Source: Heptranchias perlo
Taxonomy: Eukaryota
Direction of reading: 5' to 3'
Length of the DNA: 64,000 nucleotides
NCBI RefSeq assembly: GCF_035084215.1
Contig: NC_090358.1
Coordinates: forward strand, 6,386,001-6,450,000
Positions 26,250 to 39,200 of the stretch are shown one piece after another (the stretch's first letter is position 1; each line of letters opens with the position of its first letter). The notes beneath the pieces were generated by a model, which saw only the letters and a program-made list of their open reading frames with translations, was not told the DNA's origin and did no database searches. A program made the translations under genes and the position numbers.

Positions 26250-27800
26250 CTAATATCTGATTTGAGAGTCCATTTGGTATGGCAGCATCCAATTCCAAAC
26301 ATAAGCTTCTTGGCTCCTCCAAGCTTGTTCTTTGCACTACGTACGAAACCAAATGACTCAAAAGATCCAGCAGTCTGGGATGCCAAAACCTACATCTTAG
26401 GTCCATGTTCCTTCCATGCATACGTCCTATCCATTGAGGGAGGGGTTAGTCATAAGAAAGATACGCAAGTACAGCAATTCAAGAACTTGCCACGAATTTC
26501 AATGACTAAGTCTTCCTTGACCACGTCCAACTCGTGTAGCGGCAGGCAAACGGAGCTCCCGGCTGGGACAGAGACACAGGCAGATTCCCCTCCCCCCAAC
26601 AGCGAGTCTAAGATTTTTTTTAAGATGTAAACTGTAGTCCTGGCCCTCGTGCCAAAGGCACCCACAACAAATTTTTTTGTCTGAACAGTCTTATTTTCTC
26701 CAAAACCTGGACTGTTAAATTACTCCAAAAGGCAGATCATCAATAAACATAATCCTGGCACTTAGAAATGTCAGGCCAAGGATCAATAATTTAGGTTGCA
26801 TAGTTAGAGAGCGGCTGATGCCTGATGTCCCTCCAAAAAGGAAAAAGGAAAAACACTGCAAAACTTTCCCTTGGGAGATTCAGCATCGAGGGTGGGAATC
26901 CACGGTACAGCAGATATCCACGGTCTACCGAAAAAGGTTTAATGGTGCAAACAGCTTCTCGTTCCACACTTTCATTATGCTCGTAACCCAACGCATTTGC
27001 CAAATTCCCTCAAGTAAAAGGTGCCTGCTGATGTCATCTGAACGTCTCGATTCCTTTCATAGGCCCAGGTGCTGTTCCTTTTTACTGGCAGTTTTCCAAA
27101 CTGGGTTTAACAGTGGAAAGCCATATGGGATTCAGCCACAAGCTGTATAAAGAGGGTACTCAATAAATATGGGAATTTTGGGGAGTCAATTTAGCTCAAA
27201 CAGAAGTGAACTGGCCTAAGTTCTACCATTCAGTTATTAAGGAACTATACAGACTACTGTCCAATGCGGATAAGCCCAAGACCATCCATGGATTCTCCAC
27301 CAAATTCAGATCTCTCTGGGCCATTATGCAAGGCTGTCGTGTCCATCAATGGAGGCACTTGGAATTGGTCAAAAATTTCTACCACATGCTGAAGTGGGTC
27401 AAAAGCAAAGGATGGCAAGGCAGAGACTCAAAGCACTCAAGATACTCAACAAAAAGATCTTCCTTGGCTAAATATTTACACTGGCATTTACGAGCAGGCT
27501 CCTCAAACACTTTACTGTACAGTGACATCAAGCCAGGATGTTTGGAACCAAAGTTCTATCATGAATACAAACAGATGCTGGTGCCAGTAGCACCTCTAAG
27601 TCACTTTGGAGTTTCCGGACTCTTTTCTGACATTGTGGGCCATCTCACCAACTTTGTAATGAACACGCAACACTATTTAACTGGTCAATCCTTTTCCAAT
27701 TGCTCCCAGTGATTCCTTACACCGTTCTCTTCATGACTTGCGAGATGAAGCTGTATCTTTTGACGAAAGTGGAGCTTGAGGTCTCTATGCAACGAGATGA
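26250..27800 (-). mobile_element. Heavily decayed L1/Tx1-like ORF2 C-terminal fragment
   Basis: Scattered minus-strand peptide relics (KEDLVI, CKYLAK) in plausible order, many stops; weak. Confidence 0.3.
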
Positions 27801-27864
27801 ATCTAATTCATTCTAGTCAACATAATGGCCCTTCCGATGGATGAAATGATCAAGGGAAAAAAAA

Positions 27865-28282
27865 CTTTCACGACCTCAGGACGTCCCAAAGCACTTTACA
27901 GTCAATGAAGTACTTGTTTTTTGCAGCGTAGTCAGGTAGTAATGTAGGAAACGTGGCAGCCGCATTGGTGTTAGTGGGATCTTGGTGTGCGCAACGAGAG
28001 AGCCGGATAATCTGTTTTACTGATGTTGGTCGAGGGATAAATATTGGCCAGGACATCGGGGAGAATGCCCCTGCTCTTCAAAATAGTGTTGTGGGATCAT
28101 ATGTCCACCAGAGGGCAGACGTTTAAATGGCTCATCTGAAAGATGGCACCTCTGACAGTGCAGCACTTTGGGCAGCATTGGAGGGTCAGCCTAGATTTTG
28201 TGCTCAAGGCTCTGGAGTGGGACTTGAACCCATATCCTTTTGACTCAGGAAGTGAGAGTGCTGCCCACTGAGCCACACTGAC
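27865..28282 (-). mobile_element. Deu-domain SINE with tRNA-like head
   Basis: GGACTTGAACC (antisense B-box) and CACTGAGCCAC (antisense A-box) at 28220-28276; body as 14652 copy. Confidence 0.75.
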
Positions 28283-29759
28283 ACCCGGAACTACTTATAT
28301 TAAATTTTACAAAAGCTTTGAAGTCATGTGATGCTCGACAAAAAAAAAGCGTCAGTGGCTGAGGTAAAAGATCTGGGTCAAAGATCCTGAAGTCAGGTGC
28401 CAACATCAACTGATGCAAGGGCAAGTTAGCCCTGAAAATCTAGCCAGGCCAGTTCTAGGACACAAATAAACATGAACCAGCTGAGACGCAAATATTGGTG
28501 AAGGAGCAAAACCAAACTAACTTTTGTTTTGGAAACTTTTATTTTTCTGTCAAGGATAAACAGACAAAACTACATACGTGGAAAGTATTGACCAAGAGAG
28601 AACATGTCGGCAATACAACCGCCAACCACCACCGGGAAAGCTATGAATGCAGCCCATAGAGACCTTGCGTACAGGGACTGAGGAGCACCTTCTGAAAAGC
28701 ACAGTACAAGCTCTTAAAATGGAGTGTGCTTGGTATTTCTTCCTTCCATAGGGTGAAATTTATCTGCTGTTTGTACAAGGAGCAGAACGATCAAAAATTG
28801 TGCAACTTTCATTCTACCTCATTTACATTGCAACTTAATGCTTGAACCTCAAGTTTTACATATGCATAAACTAATCTAATCAAAGTCCCTGAATCAAGGT
28901 AGAAATCCTCAACGCTGATGCACCTTGTGCCTTTAAGACTATAGCTGAAATCACTGTCAAAAATTCATCTCAACTTTCTCTCCCCATTCGTACTTCAAAC
29001 CCATTCTTTTCATAAAGAGTCAAGAGGTGGTTGAGACAAATATGCAAACACCACTGACAGAAAGATTCTATTTAACCCCAAGTAACTCCAACTGATTCTA
29101 TTGAACAGACTCATTTCTATACAGTAATTAACACTGATATTACAGGGCAGCATGCTGAGCTGCAGCCTGGGTTAGATTTTAAAATAAAAAGGACTCTTGT
29201 TGCAGTATTTTTCCCAGTGATTCTCCCTTGCATTCTGATTCAGGCGTTACAGCTAGATGCTACTCAGGTTAATGCCCTAGATCCTTCTTGATGGGAGAGG
29301 CTTCATGTCCAGCTGTCTTGTTCACCAAACTGAAAGCCAACAGCTGCGCAGTGTTAAATTGTTTGACAATCCCTCGCCTGTCATGACCCCCTTGTCAGAA
29401 TCACCCGCTATTCCTACTGGATGAACGGTAATAGAAACCAATGATGCAGAAGCACGAATAATAAAACAGCACCAAGTTGGGGACTGCTTGCTCCCTTTTA
29501 GGTTAAACAGGCAATGAAGAGATCGTTTTTTTCCCGTATCTGTTGAGAGACACCTCCTGCATCAGCTAGTTAGTGACAGATAATATCACCAGTATCTCAG
29601 CGAGGACCTAACAGTGGGTGCGGAATTTTCATACAATATCTACTTGGACTGTGAAAACGCCCAGCAGTACAGTTATAGATTTTATCTTTCCAAACTTGAG
29701 GTGGTACCTGAAGAGGATTTTGAGTCACTGGCTATACTGCTACTACAAACACTACTTTG

Positions 29760-30180
29760 TATTTATAGTGCCTCTAACACAAATAGTCCAAGGAGCTACA
29801 CACAGGCATAAGGAATAACAGGTGCCAAGTCAGAAGAGGGAGATTGGGAGAGGTGGCCAAAGCTCAGTCAAAAGAAGTGGGCTTTAAGGAGGGTCTTAAA
29901 AGCAGAGGGAGATGGAGAGGCAGAGGGGTTGACCGAGACAGCAGAAAGCACAGGTGCCAATGATAGAGTGAAAGGACAGGGAGATGCACCAGAACTGGAG
30001 TCAGAGGAGAGTTCGGCCAGGGGCGGGGGGGGAGAGAAGAGGTAGTACAAGTCAACGAGCACAGGAGTGATGGGCAAGCAGGACATGGGGCGGAGTTTTT
30101 GGAATGAACTGAAGTTTGTGGAGAATGGGAGGCGGGTGAAGAACGCACTGGAGTAACCAATCCTATAAGTGACGAGCAGC
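29760..30180 (-). mobile_element. Degenerate L2 3' fragment
   Basis: FKTLLKAHFF and LKPTSFD relics; similar to 61760-62405. Confidence 0.6.
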
Positions 30181-31614
30181 ATTAGTGAGGAGGTAGTACT
30201 AATAGTTGTCTGCTAAAAAGTAATAAATAGGCCAAGAGCATCACAAAGCAGTAAAATATATCGGTTAGGTGCGATTTTTACTTGGTCTATTACAGCCATT
30301 ACACAAAGAAAGACCAGGGACAAAATTGGGCTAGATCTAAAGTTCATGTTAGCTGAAGACAGACTGGTGTAATGTGCCATTCTTATTTGCAAACTGTTAT
30401 GGAACATAAATTGTTTCTACGTATTATGAAATGCACGCCCTGATAGCACACTGTACACAACCACAAACGTCTCATCTTATTCCACAACCAGCTTTGCACA
30501 GAGATCTGCCAAGTTCCTTTTGAGGGACAGTCCACCTTATACAGGCTGTAATAAAAGGCATCGACCCCACGTAGGTCTTACAAAAAACTGCACTTTTCGT
30601 CCTTCATTACGTTATTGTTTAAGCTAGCAGGCATCAAAAGGGTGTCAGTGCCCACAGAACCACATGCGAGAGTCACCATCTTCCGGAAGGGGAGAAAACT
30701 GGCAATTTACATGGGAGTTCCTATTTTGTTTTGCATACCTCAGCCAAAAGTGCTGTTAATGATTTCAAGTCGGTTCTTCACAGGCTCTGGGCTTTTTTTT
30801 AAAAAAAGATCAAAACAGGATAACTAGTTGTTTCTGGATGTTCAGTATCTTGTAGAATTTAATATCCACAAAACCGATTATTTAGCTTCAGGTCAGGTCA
30901 TCGGTGGGAGTCAGGACTTTAGTGCCAGGAGAGGGAGGGAAAGAAAGAACAGTGCCTGCCCATTCCAGATTGGCTTTCTGGTTGAAAGTTTCAAGCACGC
31001 CCCTCCAATCTTTAAAGGAGCATCTTAGCAGGTTTTTTTTTGCGCTGCCAAGTTCTACCCTTTTTCTTGGAAGTATCGATCCTTACTGAGGTATATTCTG
31101 CAGGGTCCCTCAAGCTTCGAAGCCACACCACCAATCTTCACACGAGAGAGAGAGAGAGAGAGAGAGAAAAAAAGGGTATTCAACTGTGGAGGGCATCACG
31201 AACCAAGCCTACACCCACATACTGTCCCGTTAGGACGTCACTGGCAGGAGCCCCAGCTTTTATACACACCCTACTACAAGAGTGCCAAGGCCAATTGCAG
31301 CACCCTAATTCCTGCCTTGGCTATCCCAGAGATTGAACCTGGGAACTTGTGGTCGATGTCGTTTCGTGCTATATAGTATTACCCACTTCACCATTGGGGA
31401 AGCCTTCTACTGATACGTCTTGTACATTTTCTAAGCAATTTTTTGATCATCTAGGTGAGAGATGTTAGTGCAACTTTTCACAGTTTTATTACTCAGTATC
31501 AAAATCAACCCACGTTCAAGTCAGATACAGCAAAGGCATTCGAACTATGGCCTAGACCATAAGTGACAACTGAGCCCCATCAATCCAGCCCTCGAAGTCC
31601 AGCCAACGTCTGGC

Positions 31615-32010
31615 AACACCGATTTTAAAATTCTCATCCCTGGTGTTCAAATTCCTCCTTGGCCTTGACCATTCCTATCTCCGAAACCTTCTCCAGCCCT
31701 ACAACCCTTCGAGATCTCTGCACTCCTTCAATTCTGGTCTCTTGCGCATCCCCAATTTTCATCACCCCACCATTGGCGGCCGTGCCTTCAGCTGCCTAGG
31801 CCCAAAGCTCTGGAATTCCCTCCCTAAACCTCTCCATCTCTCCTTCTTTACGACGTTCCTTAAAACCTACTTCTTTGACCAAGCTTTTGGTCACCAGTCC
31901 CAATATCTCCTTATGTGGTGCGATGTCAAATTTTGTTTGATGGTGCTCCTGTGAAGCGCCTTGGGACGTTTTACTACACTAAAAAGGCACTATATAAATG
32001 CAAGTTGTTA
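31615..32010 (+). mobile_element. L2-clade LINE 3' fragment
   Basis: ORF 31643..31954 LLQPYNPSRSLHS...GGRAFSCLGPKLWNSLP; tail TATATAAATGCAAGTTG. Confidence 0.85.
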
Positions 32011-32699
32011 TTTGCACTTGTTTTTCTTATTCACTCATTAGCGCTGTTGGGTTTTGTGGGCCCGGAGGTTTGGATAGGGCTGTTGGCTCACTGGTGGATA
32101 AATCCTAAGTAGAACACCACGATCTGTTAGTATTAGCAACCAGAGATACACAAATAAATAGGAGCATTGACTCAAACTTGACACACTGCCTCCGAGGCTC
32201 CATGGTACTAAAATATACAGCCCACAGAAACAAAAAGTTTGGAGACCCACAATATGCCGCGCAATAAAGCTCCTTCTATTCTGCCATAGCCCCAAAGTGA
32301 ATTTTCCACCTCCCACACTCGCGGCCAGTAAGCAAGATTACCAACTCAGACTCCCCAAGTTTGTTGGCCTAAGCCCTCTAGAATGAGACTAACCAAAATC
32401 TTCAAGTAAGATCCTTACAGTCAGAGCGTTTCATGTCATCAGTGAACAACTGGATTTGAACCTCTGGCGATCAGCGCCATGCTGCTGCAATTGGAATTTA
32501 CAGGACACAAGCTCGGGCAACATTGCCCTAGAATGCTTTCCAATTTGTGAGGCTGTCATTTGGGACACTTGTCTTTATTGTATGCCTTCACAATCAAGCA
32601 CTCCCCATGCCAGGTGCATCTTTGACCAGATGCAGAATAAAGCTCTCTACTTTCCTCCAGAGGCATGCTGTAAACTCATACTCAAACCAGTAGAAAGAA

Positions 32700-33100
32700 A
32701 AAGTCTTGCATTTATATGGCACCTTTCATGACCTCAGGATGTCCCAAAGTGCTTTATAGCCAATGAAGTACTTCTGAAGTGTAGTCACCGTTGTAAGAAA
32801 TGCGGCAGCCAATTTTCACACAGCAAGATCCCACAAACAGCAATGTGATAATCTGTTTTAGGTGTTGGGAGGGGGATAAATGTTGGCCAGGACACTGGTG
32901 AGAACTCCCCTGCTCTTCTTGAAATAGTGCTGTACGATTGTTTACATTCACCGGACGGGACAAACGGGGCCTCGGTTTAATGTCTCATCCGAAAGACGTG
33001 CTCTAGGAGCGTAAGCCTAGATTATGTGCTCAAGTCTCTAGCTCAAGTCTCTAGAGTGGGACTTGAACCTATAACTGAGAGAGACGCAAGAGTGCTGCTG
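32700..33100 (-). mobile_element. Deu-domain SINE
   Basis: Same body; TTGCATTTATAT tail and GGACTTGAACC box. Confidence 0.75.
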
Positions 33101-35954
33101 TGACCCCATAACCAGCAAACCTTTCTACTTCCCGCACAGCCATCCTTATGGCCCAAGCTAGACAGCCAACTAATGCCACACTGTAGGCAAGCTTTCCCCC
33201 CCATATAGGCCCACGCTACAGGAATTTCCCAGATACAAGTCTTACAGACAGCACAAGGAGGGAGCCTTTCCACCAGTTAGTCAAGGTTGGATTCATAGTT
33301 GCGACAGTGGAGGTGAAGAAAAGTGCATTAAACTTCTGCACCACCCCAGCTTGTAACAGCTCGCAGCATTCCCCATGGGCACCAAATACCCATGATGAAA
33401 AAGACCACAAGCTCACATGTAAATCACACTTAACTCCAGAAAATGATTCAAGATACGTGCCTCTAGTTTGAAGCAAAACGCACAACTCTCCAAACCAAAA
33501 TACTGTTCACATTCATTTCATTCAACTTATTTTTCTAATGTAACTTTTGTTTTATGAATAGCTTCCAGGTCCTTTACTGGCAGTCAGAGCTGAGGGATAT
33601 GTTCTCCGAACTTTTGGAAATACTGCTTGGAATGGGTCACTCAGATGAGATTTACCACCTCCCAACATTTTGCTTCACCCTCCTTGCAGGATATGGTTCT
33701 ACAGATGCCAAGCACCCTCCAGTATCTTACCCAAGGGACCGGTGTTCATCTGCGAGCCTTGAAAGCAGATGTTGGTAAGCTGTTCAAACATGGAGTCAAA
33801 GACGAGGTCAAGCCTGTCCTCAACTGATTACAGCCTCTGGTAGACAATCAGAACAGAAGCATGGCTGGCTTTTAATTCCCCCCTCCCGAACCCAGGAGGT
33901 ATCTCTTATCAGCTAACTCAGCAGTCTAGGAAACTGTATGACCCATTTACTCACTGGACACACCAGTGGGGCTATCAAGGCAGCTGGGCAGTCCAGGACT
34001 TGGGTCACCCTCCAAAGTACCAAGCCACTTCTGAACAACACCTATCAGGACTCAATGGCCTAAAATATATTAGTACAGAAAACCTTGATCTCTCAGATCG
34101 ATTTAGCTGCTAACACATGGTTTAGACAGAGCAGCGTACAGAGAATTCCTGCTTATAACATCCAGTTAACCATGAGTGTATTTTCATTGATTCCGAGACT
34201 GCACTAGTCAAAGCACACCAAGTACAAAGCTCCATACCAAACAACCCTTTAACAACAGCTTGCATTTATATAGTGACTTTAATGTAGTAAAACATTCCAG
34301 GAGCGTTATGAAATAAAATCTGACACCGAGCCACATACGGAGATATTGGAACAGGTAACCAAAAGCTTGGTCAAAGACATGGTTTTAGAGGTGCGTCAGA
34401 GAGAGAAAGAAAAAAAAAGAGAAAAAGGAAATTCCACTTTAGGGCTTGGATGAAAGTTTAAAATCTCTGCAGTGATACCAAAATGTAGCGTTCAATCTTT
34501 TATGTCACATTTACAAGTTACAGAATTTAATCAGTTTTCTCAGTTTGATCTGGTATGTGAATCTCTTTCATATTCAAAATGATAAAGTGACTGAAAAGTA
34601 GTCACATTTTCATAGGTTGACCAGGCTACGCTTTTGCAAGGTATGTATATTCCCCCATATCTGTAATGTAGGAAGCTGCTCACAATCGTAGCTTGGAACC
34701 ACAAGTGCTTTTTCCAATAATCTCCGGAACTCCTCGTTCCGACTGTTGAACGTGGACAGTATCAAACAAGTGGTCACCGAAAACATTCTGAACAGCGTTC
34801 ACGGAATAAAAAAGGTGTGGTATTTGGCAACTTAACATTTTGAAGAGAAGCTTCCACCCGAAACTTTCAGTACGAAGAAAGTGGGGTGGAAGAGAGTCTG
34901 AATCTGCAGTGTGTTTGGGGCAAATAAATCCACGTGAACACCTGCTTATCTCAAGAGCCAATACCCTGGAGACAGTCTTTTCACCAGTTCCAGAGTGCAG
35001 TAACCCACAACCAGCTGCAGAATAAAGCTTCTCCTGCAACTTGCCCCAACGACATGTTTGGGCTGTGGGGCCCATGCCCAACAGGAAATGAATCAAGACT
35101 GTCCAAACATTTCACAAAGTGCACTGATCACCAGCAGAGAGAGAGACTTTCATCCCATCAGTCTGGGCTAGATTCAAACACAGGCTCAGAAACAGCACCC
35201 TCTCCATCAAAGCCCCTGTGATGTGTTTTTTTTTGAATCACCAATTAGGTAAGAAATGGCAATTCAAGACTGATTTTGGATTAATTCTGTATTTTTGAAA
35301 TCCAAGGAACCAGAACTAGGACAAAAAAAAACCCTGAAATCTATCTGCACCATCTTAACATGCAAGATAACTTTCATCTAAGAATGGAAGAAAGGATTGA
35401 ACAAGAGGAGGCCATTCAGCCCTCCTTGCACAGACCACCTACACTATGATAGGTTCTAATCCATTTAATTATAGAGGTAAAATTCTCTACAATTCCTTCC
35501 TGACCAAAGACAGTAAAGTAAAACTCTGCAACATCCATTGTCGTATCTCCATTCCTTTCTCTAAGTAGCATTTCCACAGCCACAGCAACCATTGCACTCC
35601 CTGGATTTTTTGATCAGTTTCCAAGAAACATACCCAGGTCAAAATTCATCACACTCCACACAAAGTTGCAACCAATCCTGTCCCATTATGTGCGAGACAC
35701 CGATAAAAGTCCAAGCTAACAGTCTGGCCACAAGTGAATGGTCCCTAACTGGAAACTCCTGCAGCGAATACACATTTGGGATATAAATCATTGAATTCAT
35801 TAAAGGGCAGTTCAACTATTCTGTACGAGAATATAGCCAGTTTCTTACAAAGGGCTGCCAACTAAAAGCATACCAAGAATCCATACAATTTAACTTTTTT
35901 TTTGGGGGGGGGGGGGGGGGGGGGTGAAGGGAAGAGAAAAGAAAGAGTGTCCAA

Positions 35955-36295
35955 ATAGTTCAGCGGGTTACTTGTCTTTCAGCTCCAAGGCCTGGTCTCA
36001 AACTCAGTGAAAACTGATAGGGTGAATGTCTGTCTGCTGGCTTCAATGTTCCTATACTTTTGGGCAGTCAATACAATTGCTAAAGAATGCAAAACTGCCC
36101 ACAATTTTCAAACTTGCTTATTATACTAGCCAAGTCTAGGGTGAGAAATTGAAATGTTGCACTAATGCAGCAAGGGAAGATTAGAGGTGGTTCTACTCTT
36201 CATCCAACCACACTAGGCCCGACTTGAGAGTGCTTGACGCCGGTAACAGGTCGGAAATGGATAATGTTGCATTCCTCGATAGTGACATAAGGCTC
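35955..36295 (+). mobile_element. AmnSINE2-like ancient SINE
   Basis: Shares blocks with ~10760-10850, 32520-32660, 35000-35185, 37340-37590, 38660-38790, 57930-58000; family name from recalled consensus. Confidence 0.45.
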
Positions 36296-39200
36296 CTTGA
36301 ACACAAGGAGCAATCTGCTCATAATATTAAAAAAATTAAAGAACTATATATTCAACAATCCTGAGTGGTTTAGCATCAGAAACTTGTTGTCGATTACAAT
36401 ATCAGATTTCCTAACCAACAGAATGGTCTTTCCTACCCCCGCCCCCTCTCATCTCAAACAAGCATTGACCATGTGAATTCAGATGTGAAGTCCACACATA
36501 CTGGAGACAGGTTCAACTTAAGGTCATCGGGCTATCACTTAAAATTATTCCCGGGAAAAAAAACATCACTTTGGTTAATCATTACAGCAATGATCATTGG
36601 TGAAGACATTTTTAAAATCCAGTCACAAACAGCTGTAATTTTTTTTTTGGGGGGGGGGGGGGGGTAAAAGAAAGATGTGTCGTCTTCCCCACCTCCAGAC
36701 TGTATTTCAATCGTAATTAAAAGAAACATCTGCACTGATCCGTCTCAGCTAGCGGATGCAAGCATACAAGCTTTGAACTCAGCAAGGCCATTTGGAAGGA
36801 GATTGGGTGTTTTAACCTTAAGTTGCAACCACTAAGAATGGGGGACGAGGACAAAGATGAAGGAATATAATTTTCCCTCCATCCAAATTTTTTTGGTAGC
36901 GGTTATGTCCCTCTCTTTCAAATAGTTGAATTATCGCCCACGTTCCTCGTAACCCTTTAGATACATGGTTGTGCCTTTTGTTTAATGTTACTTCATCTCC
37001 GGGGTCGAGTTCAAATCCAGTTCCAGCTGACGGAATAAAAATCTACACTCTGCTTATGATGAAAGTGCATGGAATTGAAGGCAGCCTTTTGGCATGAGTA
37101 GGGAACTGGCTAGGCGGTAGGGATAACGAACTTGCTACAGCATGGAGTAGTTGAGGCAAATAGTATAGATGCATTTCAGTGCAAGCTAGATAAGTACACG
37201 AGGGAGAAAGGAACAGGTGGTTATGCTGATAGGGTTGGATGAAGTAGGGAAGGAGGCGGCTTGTGGGGAGTATAAACCAGTTGGGCCGAACGGCCAGTTT
37301 CTGTACTGTAAATTCTATGCAGGTGTCCTCCAACATGAAACAGCTCTGGGCAGTACTGGCCCAGCACATAAAACTGTCCCTAATTCTGCACTGAACAGAG
37401 ACACCCTGCTGGCAGATGGAGTGGAATCTGGAAATGCCACACTGGTGTACAGTGAGTACTCTTTTGGAATTGGGGCAGTCAGATTGTTGAGGCATAGTCA
37501 AGTGAGTTTTACTTGCAGCCACGTGTATCATACCTGACCTGGCAGCACTCGATGCCCAAAATGGAACGTGTTCCATCCCTCAGCAAAGTAAACCTTTGGC
37601 AATCCATCTAAATATTCTGTTACATTACCCCACTTCGTGTCAATATGCATATTGCAGTCAGGTCACGTTGGTTAGTTACTCCGAACATACTGAAACTCAA
37701 CATCATGACCTATTCAGCCAAAATATCCATCTACTGTCGAGCTAAATTCAAAATATATCTGAAGTGTTTGCATCGTTATCATAGTGGGTACAGGAGGCTG
37801 CCACTCGGCCCATCGTGCCTGCTCTTTGAAAGAGCAATCCAATTAGTCCCATTCCCCTGCTCTTTCCCCATAGCCCTGTAAAATTTTTTCCCCCCCGTGA
37901 CTACATCATCCATTTCATTGCTCCAAGTGGGGTGGAATATGCACAGACAGACTCTTACCAAGTTCTTAATCTGGGGACCCAGTCAAGAGGAGCATATATT
38001 TCAACATCCCATTTCAAGGCCCAATATCACAAAGCCCTATTTTACAGGAGTCTAAACATCCAGATTAGAATCTTTACGCAGCGAAAGTGAATACAACACA
38101 CAATAAGCTACACACAATCTGTGCAACAGGCTACATCAATGAAAATATTAAATATGAACTATCTACCAGACATTGTAATAAAACCAGAATCACTGGAGTT
38201 CAAGATGCAGCGAGGAGGTACAGTACTTGAGGGTTAAGCTTCATTGGGCCCAATGGCTTTGTCTTGCCCCCAAACACAAGTATTCTTAAAATTTGACAAA
38301 AACAGAAGTTCAAATACTAAATGTTATTGTATAAAATTCTAGCCCACATATCATGTGTTAAGAAGTCAGCCTGAAAACCATGGAATACAACAGCACATGG
38401 GTCACTGGAGGTCCAATAAGACAACAAAAAGGTACCCATCCACCATGCAAAACCAAATCTTCAACTGAAAACAAAAAGTTAAGATAATGAGGGGAGCCCG
38501 GATGGCAGAGTTGATTAATACACTGACTGCCCTCTCTCAGAACCCACGTTTGAATACAGCACAGGCTGATAGCTTGAGGACGTTCCTTGAGAGCATTAAG
38601 CCAGCAGCACAAATTCTCCATTAATTCTATTAATGTTGATCTCACTCAGAGGTTACAAACTCTATATGTTGGGGCAAAGTAAAGAGAGCTTTGCCTTGTA
38701 GCTGGTTATACTAACAGTGACAAAATAGTGTTTGATGCCAACACTGTCTGAAATAAATAAACTTTCATCTCCCCAGCAATGACACCCCTTACCTTGACAA
38801 TGTTTTTTAAAAAAAAATTAGGATTAACAGCAAAAGGTTCTCAATTCAATATGATCATACTTTGGGCAGTATATTCTATCATCCATTGGACTTTGTGGGT
38901 TGAGTTATTTTCTCCAATCCAGGCACCCACTAATTCAATCTCCCTTTCAACTCCTAGATCCAAGATGAAGGATACACAGCCAAAACCTCAACTTGTCTTT
39001 TCTCTCTATAAAACGTTGACTGATCTGCTGTGTACTTCCAGCAATTTGTTTGTATCCTAAATCCAACATAAGTAATGGACTCTTCACACAGGCCAAAATC
39101 ATATATAAAAGTTATTCACACAACTGTATGGAGCACTGCTATTCATGACTACACTAAATGACCCTTGACAAATCACCACCGATTCCCTTAGCCACCACAG

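Noticed and set aside
28215-28282. tRNA gene
   Set aside because: A/B-box-like motifs belong to SINE heads; no cloverleaf
35895-35924. T-run/G-run homopolymers (G-runs also ~43117 and ~60285) as G-quadruplex switches
   Set aside because: Such runs are common in this kind of genome and their lengths are assembly-sensitive
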